A DNA stretch of 64,000 nt from Octopus bimaculoides (lineage: Eukaryota), in the NCBI RefSeq assembly GCF_001194135.2, contig NC_068986.1, positions 21,984,558 through 22,048,557 of the forward strand. Direction: 5' to 3'. Position numbers and translations under genes: made by a program. Below the pieces are notes generated by a model. It saw only the letters and a program-made list of their open reading frames with translations. It was not told the origin of the DNA and searched no databases. Below are positions 48,558 to 62,340 of this stretch, piece after piece. Position 1 is the first letter of the stretch. The number at the start of each line of letters is the position of its first letter.

Positions 48558-48740
48558 TCTTAAGGCAACTGGAAATCCTATGCAAGATTGGTGTCTTGCA
48601 AAAAGCAGCCTTATTGGGTACAGCACACATCTTAAGGAAGGTATTATCTGTCTGAGGTCCTTGTTGTAACTTGACAGATGATTAAAGACTCCGTGCAATT
48701 TTACCTACACTGTATTACAAAGGAGGAATAATAATAGTAG
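48558..48740 (+). mobile_element. Second R4/Dong-like 3' fragment within (AAT)n
   Basis: LQKAALLGTAHILRKVLSV*, short 3'UTR, AATAATAAT tail. Confidence 0.65.
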
Positions 48741-48756
48741 TAAAACTGAGGCTTAC

Positions 48757-48867
48757 ATGAGCTGTTAATTCTTGATCAGCTTTCAGTTGAAGATCACATA
48801 CACTTTTGGATGATAAACGGAAGAAGACAAAATCTTTACCTTTATCTTCTATTATAGCCTCATAAAC
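48757..48867 (-). CDS. HELZ: HELZ exon
   Basis: ctcctcag|GTT...CAT|gtaagc; VYEAIIEDKGKDFVFFRLS... Confidence 0.93.
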
Positions 48868-49902
48868 CTGAGGAGTAAAAGAATAAAAATCGAATAAAGC
48901 ATACACAAGTAAAAAAAAGAATAATAATTGTTTCTAACTTTGTCATAATTGCGTTTTATTAATGAGTTTGATTGCATTGCTTGTAGTAATGGTTGTGATA
49001 GCGATGAAGTCAATGATAAAGATTTCATTTTAATGATGTTTGGTGGTCTTTGAAGACAATTTCGCACTCTCACCTCTTATAGGCCTCTTTCCAAATGGGC
49101 CAAAGCCACAGGGCAACCAAGCGTCGTGACAGGTGTGGAGGTGAAACCTCAAAGTTTTGTGCATTGAAAGGGGCAAACAAAAACAGCAACATCAAAATGG
49201 CTGAGTGCATAAAATGTTGGAACCAATCAACAGCTGAACATGGACTATAAACTTCGAAAATATATATTGTTTTCTAAATTTTATTTTGAGTGCACAAAGA
49301 ACAAAGCATTTGAGATGCAATTATAAATTATTGAATTATCAGCTAAAACAAATAATATTTGCTATGTATTTGAAATACTACTGCTCCATTACTAGAGATG
49401 GTGGGAGTTTGAAAGACTGCTACTATTATGATGTTGTCACAATTATAACAGTTAGCTCTAGCAGTAGAAATGAGATAATATCATCACCATTTGACATCTA
49501 TCTTGTTATGCTGTCATGGGTTGGATGGCTTGACAGCATTTGAGCCACAGAGCTGTGGCAAGCTCCAATGTCTGCTTTGCCATGGTTTCTACAGCTGGAT
49601 GTCTATCATAATGTCCTTTCTGGTGTGTTTTCCTCATGCTACTGGCACTAGTAAGGTTGCCAGTCAAATGTAATGCTTATCTATTCACATTGTTTTGAGT
49701 TAATCATGCATTATCTTGTAGCTTCAAGATTTCAATGATGTGGTTGTTTTATTCTTAGATTGACATTGAAGGGTAGGTAGGAAAGGCTGGATTCGGTCAG
49801 TTTGAACATAAAACAAGTAGAATATTGTGGCTGGATATGGCCAGTTTAAATGCTAAAGTTTAAAAAAATATTCAGAAAAGAAGAATAAAAACCTGTAAAT
49901 AC

Positions 49903-50134
49903 CTTTTCAACATCATTTTTTTGAGAATTGTTTTCAAATGAATAACAAGATGAAAACCACACAGCATTAGCACTCTGCAAAATCAATCGACCATGCATTG
50001 TATCTTCAGAAAGTTCATTTTCAAGTTTCATTCTGGCAAATAACTGACCATCTGAACTGAATTTTGCTAAACGGTACCCACCAGGAACTAACATGAATCG
50101 ATTCACAATCTGCAAAGTAACTTTAATGTTGAAC
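49903..50134 (-). CDS. HELZ: HELZ exon
   Basis: tttttag|G TTC...AAG|gtattt; FNIKVTLQI...GQLFARMKLENELSEDTMHGRL... Confidence 0.93.
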
Positions 50135-50467
50135 CTAAAAAATAAAACACACAAAATATTCTGAAATTGTAAAAAAGATATTTAAAACCAAACTGAATTC
50201 TAAAATTAATATTTTTAACGTTTTTTTTTTTTTTCTTCAAACTTTTTACTATTATAATTGAATGGAGGAATTAAAATTATGCCGAATTTTCATAAACATA
50301 TGACACAAAGCAAATGTCAGGTCAGTTCAAGTGGGTCACCTAACAATCCCTCTGACTGCACAGAGCCAAACTAGCATAGGTTTAACAGTTTCTCCTCTGA
50401 TCTGCTCATCATCATCATTTAACATTCATCTTTTATGCTGGCATGAGTTGGATGGCTTGACAGGAGC

Positions 50468-50547
50468 TGACAGGACTGTACCAAGCTTGACAGGACTGTA
50501 CCAAGCTTGACAGGACTGTACCAAGCTTGACAGGACTGTACCAAGCT
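50468..50547. repeat. Perfect 4 x 20-bp minisatellite TGACAGGACTGTACCAAGCT
   Basis: Four identical adjacent units. Confidence 0.95.
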
Positions 50548-52039
50548 CCACCGTCTGCTATGGCATGGTTTCTACAGCTGGATACAATTCCTAATGCCAG
50601 CTACTTGACAGAGTGAATTGGGTGCTTTTTACATCAGACAATTTTTTTAATCAGTTTCAATTTTCTTCTGTTATATCTAGTGATTTCTTATTATTCTTAT
50701 ACTGTGAAGTTTGACAATGAAAATATTTTTCTTCTTTTATCTAACTTGTTTTAGCCACAGGACTTTCACCATACTGGAGCACCACCTTGAAGGGTTTAGT
50801 CGAACAAATTGACTCTAATGCTTATATTTCTTTAAAAAGTTTGGCAATGATTTTATTAGTTTCTTTTGCCAAACCACTAAGTTGCAGGGATGTACACAAA
50901 CCAAAACCAGTTGTCAAGAGGTGATTAGGGATAAACATAACACACACATACAAGCTTCTACATAGTTTCCATTTAGCAAATTCACTCATAAAGCATTGGT
51001 TGGCCTAGAGCTATAGAAAATACTTGTCCAAGGTACCATGCAGTAAGACTGAACCTGAAATCATGAGGTTGCAAAGTGAACTTCTTAACCACACAGCTAT
51101 GCTTGTGTCTATACTGGAGATAAATTTCTGGATATCGAAGCACCAGAAATGAAATTGAGTTTCACCAATAATAAATTCAAACAGAAACCTATTCATATTT
51201 ACAGTGTTTAAACTAAGTATGGATTCAAACACAAATAACACAAAAAAAAAAATCAGAAATGAAGAGCTGGTGAAACTCTTTCATATGTGCCATCGGCACT
51301 TTTGTCAATACTCCAATAAATAATTACAAACACAAAAAGTGTTCTATATTTAGTTCAAAAGTGTCACTATATTTTCAGATATTAATTAGAATTTTCAAAA
51401 ATGGACCTTAATATGGAATGGGGAAATCAAAATCATGTATCTTATGCAATTCTAAATTCTATGTATATCTTAATACAAGTATATATTTTTCCTCATATAA
51501 GAAAAAGAGATTTTGTTCAGATATTATATAATACAGCTGTCTTGTAAAAAGTTACTTTGTGCATCAGTCTAAGGTTGCATGGTTCCTTTGTTTTCATCTC
51601 CCATTTCTAATAATGGCATGATTCCATTAAATAATATTGTGTGTTGCATTAAGTCAAATAGGATTTCCATTTCTATCTCCAATCAGAGTGGAATTCAATG
51701 TTTTATTCTGGCAATATGGTTAAAGAGCTTGAGTACATGACTAGAAAAAGATATCTTAATATAGTCTATATAAGCTTTCAGTTTCAACATATCTGTTCTT
51801 ATTGGAAGCAATTCTTCATATAAACATGATCCTTCTATGTAATGCAATATTTTTTCCAGAAGTATTGTTGTAAAAAAATAAATATTGCTCTATTAATATC
51901 AACAACTATAATATCTTCTCTTGAAATGATATTTTCCTGAATTTGAGGAAGTGCTTCACGACCTCAATTCACTAACTTTTACAAGTAACATAAGCAGACA
52001 TTTATGCTCACACTGAGATGGATAGAGAATTTGCCAAAC

Positions 52040-52480
52040 TTACATATTAGAAGTATTCTTGATTAGATAGTTAGTCATTGCCAGCAGAATCTACTCATAA
52101 ATCTGCTATCAAAATCCACTGACTTAACTTGCTTGATCAAATTCAGAACTACTAGGTTCAAGTTTTTGGATCATCACCAAAATGCATCTTTGTTGTGTGT
52201 TTTATATAAGGATTTCAATGATCATTACTCTGATGAACTCCCTGGTCTAGTACCTCTTTTCAACACCTTTAGATGTGTCACCTGCTTCTTTATCCCAGGT
52301 ACATTGTTTCTATGTTGAGCTTCCGGTTAGTCAAAATGCCTATTTTTTCCTATTAGCTTCTTTCCTTGAACTGCTGATATCAGAAATTCATTACCATTGT
52401 TTTGCTTTCCTCTTTTCTATAATATTCAGTCCTTTTATGTTTTCTGTCAATCAACAGCTTTTCAACTTACAGGTGACCTC
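52040..52480 (+). mobile_element. Decayed L2/CR1-group LINE 3' fragment
   Basis: LDHHQNASLLCVLYK...SDELPGLVP, broken frames. Confidence 0.5.
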
Positions 52481-52732
52481 TTTTCTGTCTTTGTAGTCCC
52501 ATACACCATTGTGGCCTCATGCCTTGTTTGAGACAAAATGGTTAAAAATAAAAAAAAAATTGTAACAAAATGTTTATTGGATTCAATGTCTTGTTCAACA
52601 GGATGAGGGATAAAGTCAATCCTAGTTGAACTTGAAATGAGAATAGAAAGAGACAGAGCTGAGAGACAGTTAATCCAACACTCTACTGCCTTATATAACA
52701 TTGCAATATAAAAGGAAAAAAAAACAACTTAC

Positions 52733-52909
52733 CGAGAAATTAAACCAAATTGTGTAAGTTCTTCAAAATACAAGAGGTCATGCATCCATTGCCTGTAATT
52801 TTCTCGACAGAAAGCTTGCGATATCACTTCTCGCATTTGTAGTTTATTGGGATCTGGTAGAGGATATTCCTCCAACAGAAATTCTTCTTTTTCAGATAAA
52901 GGAAGAGGA
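52733..52909 (-). CDS. HELZ: HELZ exon
   Basis: tttctag|T CCT...TCT CG|gtaag; ...NYRQWMHDLLYFEELTQFGLIS. Confidence 0.93.
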
Positions 52910-53382
52910 CTAGAAAAATAATTAACAAATAATTTTAAAGTTAAGATCAAGGTTTAAAGTTACATTTTCTCAGTTTTTTCATCCAGAATTATTTATTTAC
53001 AACTGTCAGTTAAAAAAGTGTGATTTGAAACTCAGATATATAAGTTTGCAACGTTTTAATATTGATAATTATAACACCTTATTACAATTTCAGTTTGATA
53101 TTTCACAAAGCATCTATCAGATAAAAGTTAAAAGAAATGGGTAAAGCTAACAGGGAAAGAAAGCTAAATATCTAAAACTTGCTTAATTATAAACTGACTT
53201 CATTATTTTTTTTTATTATAATACTAAGCAAGACAAAATTAAAATATTAATTAGAGAAAAATATTCTTCATTTTCAAGGAAATATTTTTTTCCTGGACAT
53301 AATAGCTTCGAGACAAAAAAATATCAAATAGCTAGTTTAAATTTCAAGTAAACTCTAGGAAAGTGAGTAAATTAAAACATAC

Positions 53383-53582
53383 TGTGGTTCAAACTTCACC
53401 AAATCTATATTGAATTCATTCCATCTGTTTGCATCAAATGACATTAAGTCTTTTGAAAGTTTATCTCCTTCAGGGATAGGAGCAGATTCAACATGCATTT
53501 CTTTCGAAAGTAGAGGGTCAGTTCCAAAATCAAAAACAATAATCTGACGAAATGTACCATAGATATTTGTCTTGAAGACCAC
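53383..53582 (-). CDS. HELZ: HELZ exon
   Basis: gttatag|GTG...CCA CA|gtatgt; VVFKTNIYGTFRQIIVFDFGTDP... Confidence 0.93.
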
Positions 53583-54749
53583 CTATAACAACAGACAAAA
53601 AAAAAAAAAAAAAAAATCACATTGAAATAAAAGCCACAATTTTGAAGTTAAAAAAAACTCCAACAAACTAATAATACTGAATTAGTTTCCAGCCTCAAAA
53701 GAAATCTGTTCCGACTGAACAGCATACTAGGGTTCAATAAACATTAAAAGCATCAACTAGCTTCACTAGATAATACCTTGTGGTGGATATTTAAAACACT
53801 ATTGCTCTTAAGAAATTTGCAATCTGTGTCCAGTTCCAACTAATATGATCCATAACACATACCTCTCTCCTCTTCACCATTCATACTGCACCTCTTTCTC
53901 TTTGACAACAAGTAATACAAAGCTGTCCATTTCAAGGCTTACTTATTAACCTTGCAAATTTATGTCTTATATAAACAAATCAATCTCACTGTCATTCTAA
54001 TTTGAGCAGACATGGATAAAACCCACTCTCTGCAAGCATATTAATAAAAAAAATAATCTGAATCACCAACCAGTCCATTCCATCTATAATTAATTCTCTC
54101 TTCTCATTTAAATTGTTTCTGTTTGGATTACTACCCACCATTAATTTAATCTAGTCTAAACAGATATGAACAATCTATTCCAGCCAGTTCTTATGTAAGA
54201 ATGGTTGAAATCTAGCAGAAAATTTCTCCAATGTCAAGACACCATGTATAATTGACAGAAAATCTGTGCCTTAATAAAGAGAAACATAAAATAAGCCACA
54301 TGGGGATGCAGCTACATTACTTTGGACAGTAAGTGAAAAAAAAAATTATATTGTAAAATTATTTAGGAATTGTAAGACTCTGAGCCAATGGGCAGGAGAC
54401 CTAAGGGTTGAATAATATCCATAATCTCAGTCAGTTATGTCTGGGAATCCAGCCAGAAAGTGTAATGACAGTTGCTTCTGGCAAGACCCTATGGAGGAGG
54501 TGCCTGAGGACACTACCCCCATGACCATCCCAGCAATAATGGGCAGCAAAGATCAATGTATGGATAAAAAAAAAAATTTTAATTTCATAATGCAAAACTA
54601 TTTTAGCAAAATAATTCAAAATTATTTTAGTGAAATTTTGAATTATTTTAGATGAATTAGCTTCTCAAGTAAATGAATTCAATAAATTAGGAAAATTATG
54701 ATGAGGTCAAGCATTTTAAAATAGATAATGAAAGCAAAGAGTTAAATAC

Positions 54750-54947
54750 CTTGATCCTATAGACATTCTCTACAGTACTTGGACTTGGTATGTTCTTTGT
54801 TTGATATGCTTCATAATTAACCCATTCTTGGCAAAGATTTTCAATGTTTTGATGTTTTTGGGCTTTACGTGGACCAATAGAAATGCTGGAAATGCGGAAA
54901 AATAGCCGACTATTGTCATCCAACAAGATTACTCTGTGAAGACATAC
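54750..54947 (-). CDS. HELZ: HELZ exon
   Basis: atttcag|GTA...AAG|gtattt; VCLHRVILLDD...NLCQEW...NVYRIK. Confidence 0.88.
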
Positions 54948-55215
54948 CTGAAATAAGACAGAGAAATAAATGAAAACATTATGAAAATAACAAAGATATA
55001 ACAAGTGACAATTGAGCATTAAAAATATGCCCAAAGAAGCATATCACTCACCTAAACCATAAGGAATACTTTTACAAAGATCAGGTCTAGGCACAGAGGT
55101 GGTTGTGCACTTAAGATTGGTTCCCACCACGCAGTCTAGGTTCAGCTCTATTGTACAGCACTGTGAGCAAGTGTCTTCTACTACAGCTACATGTCAGAAA
55201 CCGAAAGAAGCCCTC

Positions 55216-55254
<39 letters not shown>

Positions 55255-55519
55255 ACGCCCTTGCCTTGGAATGTGAGGGTTGCAAGGGATCATCATCCTC
55301 ATCATACAAGTGATGTTATTCATTCCCAGTCTTCCATGAAAAACATGCATGTCATGGGCGAATATTACCTTGCTCAGAAACAAGTGAGGGTTGGTAACAG
55401 GCAGGGCATCTAGCTGTAGAAAATCTACCTCAACAATTCCCCCTGCCTAATGCAAGCATAGAAAAGTGGATGTTAAATATTCAATATTAACCACCGTTCA
55501 TTAACTTATGTCTCCTATA

Positions 55520-55960
55520 ATTATCATCATCATTTAACGTTAGTTTTCCATGATGGCATGGGTTGAGTGGTTTGACAGGAGCTAGCAAACCAGAGGCTCC
55601 AATTGTCTGTTTTGAGCAAGTTTTCTACAGCCGGATGCCCTTTCTAACACCAACCACATTACAGAGTATACTGGGTGCTTATTATGCAGCACCAGCATAA
55701 TAATGCTTTCTCATGAGGTGTTGGCATGGGTGCTTTTTTATCAGGTACCAGCACAAGTGCTTAATTACAGAGCACTGGCACAGGTGCTATTTTTACATGG
55801 CACCAGCACGGGTGCTTTTTATGTGGCACCAGCATGGGTGATTTTATGTGGCACCGCACTAGCATGAGTGCTTCTTATGTAGCACCAGCATGGGTGATTT
55901 TATGTAGCACCAGCATGAGTGCTTTTTATGTAGCACTAGCACTAATGGGGTCACCAGAGG
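55520..55960 (-). repeat. (GAT)n-tailed SINE 3' module (family F) with a degenerate tandem array of about 25-bp GTGGCACCAGCA units
   Basis: AGGAAGGGCATCC...GTTAAACGATGATG tail; related pieces near 3040-3610, 7290-7680, 21098-21186, 29580-29800, 36050-36275, 49490-49620 and 50405-50620. Confidence 0.7.
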
Positions 55961-56086
55961 AGATACTTGGCTATCCAGTAGGACAAGGAAGCTGAGTCGG
56001 GGGATACGGTCATAAAAGACATACTTGTATGTATGGATGACCAAGATTTTATTTAGCTTGATGTGTCTTCTCAAGCACAGTAATTG

Positions 56087-56430
56087 TCAGAAGTATTGAC
56101 CCCTTGTCACCTCCTCTGTGATGCTCAACTTCTGAAGAGCATTTCTCACCACTTCATCCAATTTCCTGGGTCTACCCCTTCCACAGGTTCCCTCTACATT
56201 TTGAGATTGACACTTCCTTGTGCAGCTGTCTTCATTCATACACATCACATGACAATACCAGCACAGTCTTCTCTCTTGCATACAGCATTTGATGCCTCTT
56301 ATACCCAGTTCTTCTCTTAAATCATTTACACTCTCCCATACATGCACACTGACATTACCCATCCAGCAGAGTATTCTGATTTCACTTCTTTCATCCTTTG
56401 CATATCCTCTGTAATCACAGCTCATGTTTC
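56087..56430 (-). mobile_element. RTE-clade LINE 3' fragment
   Basis: RILCWMGNVSV...LREELGIRGIKCCMQERRLCWYCHV...GRGRPRK. Confidence 0.85.
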
Positions 56431-57009
56431 ACAGCTGTTCATTCACAGGCATCATACAATCTGCCTTTTACTCTATTGCTGGGAACTGATGCAGCCTATC
56501 AATGCAAAAATTTTCACTGATGCGCAAGAAGAGGGGCGTCACCTCTCACCCAAAGAATTTTGTCCTTAGGTCTGGTGGGAAAAATAGTTGGATACGTTTT
56601 GAATGCACCTCATCTATTAAACTCACACCCAAGAACTGAATTAAATATGAACTATTACTAGCTTACATCTAAAATAGAAGAAGCAAACTAAAGCAGACAG
56701 AGGAAAATGAAGCTATATTATTGATACTATGTCAACACCAAAGAAAAGGGACCATTAGTTTTTCATAAAAATTACATACAGCAGAGAAAGAAAATAAGTA
56801 CTTCAAATATAGCATATACAACAAAAGTAGTTCCACTACCAAATATATTTTAAAAGATCATTTTTTTTTTTTTTTTTTTTTTTTTTTTGTTTGCAAGACT
56901 GACATTAATCAAACATTTAACAATTTTAATGTCGTTAGCTCCGATTTAACAATCTGAAAATACACAGTATATACAGATAAAAAGAATATATAAAAAAAAT
57001 ATTTCTTAC

Positions 57010-57117
57010 CTTACTAGTAACAGTGAAAGTCCAAGAATTAGTACACTTCTTATTGGACATATTTACTTTCAAGTCAGAATTTATGTGTAACTTCACATAA
57101 TCCAAATTGGAAACAAG
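57010..57117 (-). CDS. HELZ: HELZ exon
   Basis: catttcag|CTT...AAG|gtaag; LVSNLDYVKLHINSDLKVNMSNKKCTNSWTFTVTSK; too short for the ORF track. Confidence 0.88.
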
Positions 57118-57856
57118 CTGAAATGATTAAAAAAAAAAAAAAATTAATTATGAGAAAGAGACTAAATATTACAAAAACAAAAAGTTTAAATTTGTTATTA
57201 TGAACAACAAGTAAAGTACATTTGATTTGCTAACAAACATTTCTTGTTCTACCTCAATAATAATGGTAATATGTTAGGTGCTAATCGAAAAAAGGTAGAC
57301 TTAACTGTCAGGTTTGATTGCATTCAAATCTGAATGTAATCAATTTCACAAGTTCACAGAAAGATGGAATGCCATCAAGAATTTTGCAGGGTGAAAGGCA
57401 TTTCTCAAATTATATTAATTTTCAGAGCTTTTTAATGTAAAAATTTGAGGGTAGAAAAATAAGATCATTAGTTTTTTTTTTTGTTTTTTTTTCACTTAAT
57501 CGAAACTGCTAAAGCTAAAATAAATTGACTGATTCCAGTTTGTAAGGAAATTGATACTTTTGATATAATTAAACTAAAGAAAACAAGTTGAAGAGAAAGG
57601 TGCCACTAGAGAATATAACTGTTGCAATATTTTAACAGGATAAAGAATAAAGTCAAATACAGTGCAATAATCAAAGCCTCCACACTTAGGGTTTTGTGGA
57701 CCCCATCTAGATTTTGATTAAACATTGAAAGAGGTGTCAGTAGAGCATAACTGATGCAATACTTAAACATAGGATGAAGAATAAAAGTCAATCACCTTTT
57801 ATTAGATCAATAATCAAAGCCCCCCTATTTAACAGACATAGTTTGATTTCGATTAA

Positions 57857-58074
57857 CCCTTTAGTGTTCAGATTGTTCTATCAAACATAATGATTATTGA
57901 TTTACATTGTTTTGAATAAATCATGCACTAGCTCATATCTTTGAGATTTCGATGGTGTGATTGTTTAATGTAGAATAACATTGTAGGGTAGGTGTGTGAG
58001 CTTGGATCTGGTCAGTTCGAACATAAAACAAATTGAATATTTTGGCTGGATATGGCCGGTTTAAATGCTAAAGT
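57857..58074 (+). mobile_element. Uninterrupted copy of the same MITE family (partial copy also at about 49670-49862)
   Basis: TTAA|CCCTTTAGTGTTCAGATT...GGCCGGTTTAAATGCTAAAG. Confidence 0.7.
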
Positions 58075-58317
58075 CTACATTGAAAATAAAAGGCCAAATA
58101 TAATGCATGACAGGAGATAGTTAAACCTTTATAATTAATTGCTGCAATAGACTAACATTTGGATATGAATGGCTCCTTTATAAACTTGACATATATTAAC
58201 AATTTTCCTATAAGGGGCAAATACATTATAAATGATACGACGAACTACTGATTGCTGCAACCTCTGCACCACAACACAACCAAATACTGCAAATGACAAA
58301 TTAAAACAAATTATTAC

Positions 58318-58516
58318 CAAAGATTCAGGATTTTCTGAAAGTAACAACTTTTCAGCCAATTTTTCCATGTAAGAAATTCCATGAAGTTGCTTGTCCCGAG
58401 CCTTTTGAAGTGACTGTTTCTTAAATTCAAACCTGTCCTTCCACTCTTGTAATTCGTCTTCGGAATGAGCTTGAGTACAGTTTTCACTGTAAGAGCACTT
58501 ACCAGTTTCCAGGAAA
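58318..58516 (-). CDS. HELZ: HELZ exon, CCCH zinc finger (last three ligands)
   Basis: tttttag|T TTC...TTG|gtaata; FLETGKCSYSENCTQAHSEDELQEW...ENPESL. Confidence 0.93.
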
Positions 58517-59869
58517 CTAAAAAACATAGACACAAACAGTAAGTTTCATTCAGTAACAATTATAAAATCCTCATTACACAGGCTTTTATTTTCACCTTTT
58601 TTTAAACAGTATTTTAAAACATAAACTTTTGATGGTGAAGCTATCAAAAAAGAAACATCCAAGATTGACAAAATGAATATCCTGATATCCTCAAACGAGG
58701 GGCTTGATCCAAATACTTGCAACTGAGGCCCTATCAAAGACATCCAAGGGCTAATTGATGGTGTTAAACTGGGTATTCTTTTATCTTTAACCTGTTGCAG
58801 TCATTGGACTAAGGCCATGCTTTAAAGGGTTTTAGTCAAATGGACTGACATCAGCACTTACTTTTTGAAGTCTGACACTTTAGTCTCTTTTGCCAAACCA
58901 GTAAATTGTCAAGTGGGGAGGTGGGGCTAAAAAAAAGCACAAGCACACATGTTGGGCTTCCAGTTTCCATCTACAAGATTCACTTATAAGGCAATGGCCA
59001 GCCCAGGGCTATAGTAGAAGACAATTGTTCAAGGTGCCATGCAGTGAAACTGAACCTGGAAGCATATGGCTGCAGAATGAGCTTCTTAACCACACTGCTA
59101 TACCTGCACCTAAATGCTAGAAATGTTGACCCTCGAGACACATACCTGGGTATGGATATATAGTACAAGTGGATGATGGATGCAACAGGAGTTATTGGTG
59201 GTGGGTAGAAGGTAACTGTAGAGATTATCTTCAGAGAAGTAGGGTTAAGAATGTTTGTGAAAGAGATCAAGATACACAGAGATGTTATACTGCAGAGAAA
59301 CTGATAAATTTGGTACAACAGTATATGATATTCTGATAAGATCCTTTAGAGAGAAAGAAAGAAAAAAAAAGGAGGGTTTCAATATGTAATTTTTGGTAAA
59401 AACCTATACAAACAGTTATTTTTGGTGATCACAAGAATTGCTCATAAAACTGTGAGAATTACTAGAGGACCACATGCAATAATTTCAAGTATTGATCACA
59501 CCACTGAGCTGAAAATGTGCTTCATCTGTGCCTCATCTTTCCACAACACATTTAACTTATGTTTTATCATCACTGATTTCATCTTTCATTCTTTCCCTAG
59601 TGTCAATTTTTGAACTGTGTTCATGCTGGGGAACGGCCTCCAGGGTGCTTTATTTATTTATTTATTTGAGTCATTATAGTGACACCAGTATTTATGCCAG
59701 TCAATCTGACATTTATTTAAACATTCAATATTTCAATGATTGGTTATGTTATCATTTTGACTTAGCACTGGCTATGATGTGGCTAGAATGTATGCTGCCT
59801 GGGGCAGCCCTTGAATTTTCCCCACCCAACTATACTTGTTTATATAGCAAACCCAAAAGCACCATTACC

Positions 59870-60170
59870 ATAAAAGCACCGTCTTGGTCAGCCCCCACTT
59901 CTCTTATATCATCCATCCACACTAATATTATATATCCAATGAAGCATGCTTCATTTCTTTCCAGCTTTCTGAAATCATTTGCATTCAAGTTCCACATCTC
60001 TTTACCTCACAACATCCTACTTTGTACACAATTATCATACAATCTGCTCCTCACACAGAGAGAGGAACCCTTTGTTACTAGAAGAACTAACAGCTTCCTC
60101 AAATTTTCAACTTCCTTACCCTGACAATTATGCTGTCAGATCACCCACCTTTACTGCAAATTAGGTCATC
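59870..60170 (-). mobile_element. Decayed RTE fragment
   Basis: LVTKGFLS...SRLYDNCVQS-like residues; same family as 1-1400. Confidence 0.55.
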
Positions 60171-61429
60171 TAGGTAACAGAAGCTATCAACTACTTTTAG
60201 GGAGCCTTTAGAGAATATTGAAGAATATATTTCATTGTGTACTCTTACCGGAACAAAAACAACAAAAAAAACAACAAAAGAAGTCAACTTATTTTAAGGA
60301 AGAAACAGAAGTGAGTTCCATGTTTTGGACAGTTGTTCTTTGTCAAGAAAAAGCAATGAAGGAAAAAAAATGAAAGAAAGTTCTGTGGAAGTAATGCTTT
60401 ATTATGAAAACCTTATGTGACAGGAATAAAATTGATGGTAGAAGTGGTTAGGGTGACATAATATTTCTCAGCCAGAAATATATATTTTTTTCAATCAAAG
60501 AAGATGATCTGCAAGACTCCTACTGTATATGTGTGAGAGCATATCTATGTACAGTGGGGTGGGTATACAAATGGTTCCTAGTACAAAAGAGCATGAACAA
60601 AAGGTTCCTCAATGTCCATGTATACATCTCATGTAACTTACAAATTTTTACATTTTATATAGAAAATAATATTTCTTATATTTTTTGCTAAAAACATAAT
60701 CATGGATTCACACAAGTAAGACAAAGGATAAAAACAAACACATATATACATATATATTTATGTATTTCCTATTGATAGATGGACAAAACCTCATTTCACA
60801 CCTATACGTTGAGTTTGGGTGTGGTTCAGAACAGACCACCCCTATTTATATGTATTTCAATTACTCATGTAATTAAGGCAGCAAGCAAGCAGAATCATTA
60901 GCACATCAGGCAAAATGCACAATGGCATTTCGTCTGTCTTTACATTCCGAGTTCAAATCTCACCATGGTCAACTTTGCCTTTCATCCTTTTGTGGTCAAT
61001 AAAATAAGTACCAGTTGAACACTGAGGTCAAGATAATTGACTTGCCCCCACCCCAAGAAATTGCAGGTCTTGTACCAAAGTTTGAAATCAATTACTCATA
61101 TATGAAGAGGCATTTGTAAAGTGGTTGTGTAGAATGTTTATCAGTCTGTGTGTGTGTGTGGGGGGGGGGGGTTACTTTAAAACTCATCTCCTCCGTTTTC
61201 TTTTCATCTCTACAAATCCAGTAAATAGTACCATTCCGCAATCATACATACTGGTTAAAATATCAAATTACTGGTTTCATACACACCAGTATTCTAATCT
61301 AAGGTAGTTCTAAGTGCCTATATTAATTGAATTATAGCTAGGCTAGTTTTTGCAAAACAATAAATGTTTTATTTTCTTATTTGTATATTGGAACAAGCAT
61401 TTTTTAGCTTAGTTCAGAACATTCACAGT

Positions 61430-62340
61430 TTTCATCACTGAGAATATCATGGTCTCTCAACACATTGCTTCTGACTGCATCTTCACTTGCATAGCATCAC
61501 TGTTTATCAGAGAGTGCCGATAGAAAAGACTTCCCAACAAATAAAAATAAATAAATAAACCCTGCTGCTAGATAGAACAATGACTTTGAAGCCATGGAAA
61601 ACACTTTGGGATGCTGCCATCTTTGCTGGTGCATAATCCTGTATCTTCTGCCCAATCATTATATAAATGATACTCCTAACAAGTCTATGTTTTTTAAGAG
61701 GCTCAGCTGTAAGCCACTGGAATCAAATTAGTGGTTAGATGGAACTCAGAGCCATGGATTCCTTTTCTCTTTCCCCTCACCCAAACCCTCAAACCTTTGA
61801 ATTACAAAGCTAATTCACAAGACAATTCTTCCTTCTCATCACAAACATTTGTAAACTTTGATCTATTCATCACTTCCTGCTGGTTTACCTACTGATAAAT
61901 AAACCAAAGGAATATTATTTGAGACACAAATCTCTTGTCCTCTGTTTCTAACCTATCTCTGTTCTCAAAGTACACTCTATAATCCAACTTTGTCTTGAAA
62001 ATTGGTTTCTGTATATACATACAGATTGAAGCCATTCCTCTTATCACATGCATCTGTCATCAGGATATCAACAATGAAGACTTGCAATTGATTTGATTTG
62101 GACAGTTTCACTGCTATTATCTATAAATAGTAGAGCAACAAGCTAATAAAATCATTAGTGTTGCAATGTGTCCCTTGTGAAAACTGTGGCCCCTTGTTTG
62201 CTTACCTGATCTCCCTGAGATCAAGTAACAAAGCCATCATTACCTGACAAGCATCACAGTATTGAGAAGAAGATAACCATCCTTTCAACTTCCCAATACT
62301 AAATTGCCTGAGACCACCTCTGGTTCTTTGATCCAAAAAC
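61430..62340 (-). mobile_element. Very decayed LINE RT remnant
   Basis: YPDD (YADD-like) and VSKQG (GVRQG-like) in expected order, many stops. Confidence 0.4.

Larger units (their letters stand above)
34043..58516 (-). other. HELZ: HELZ gene span (5'-incomplete), 17 coding exons
   Basis: Exons joined by hand. Lengths 199,108,198,200,177,232,111,125,210,251,119,294,108,76,196,286,1806 sum to 4696 nt (1 nt + 1565 codons including stop). All introns are GT-AG and all phases match. The translation follows vertebrate HELZ as I recall it: CCCH finger, GTFRQxxVFDFG, [45 protein letters not shown]. Confidence 0.96.

Noticed and set aside
50468-50547. CRISPR-like array
   Set aside because: The units are adjacent with no spacers, and the context is eukaryotic.
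57607-57825. Degenerate direct repeat of about 130-bp period as a snoRNA pair
   Set aside because: No clear C/D or H/ACA box arrangement; most likely an old local duplication.
59143-59300. Possible HELZ exon ending CCCAG|GTATGT
   Set aside because: The translation has no HELZ similarity and does not supply the missing cysteine.
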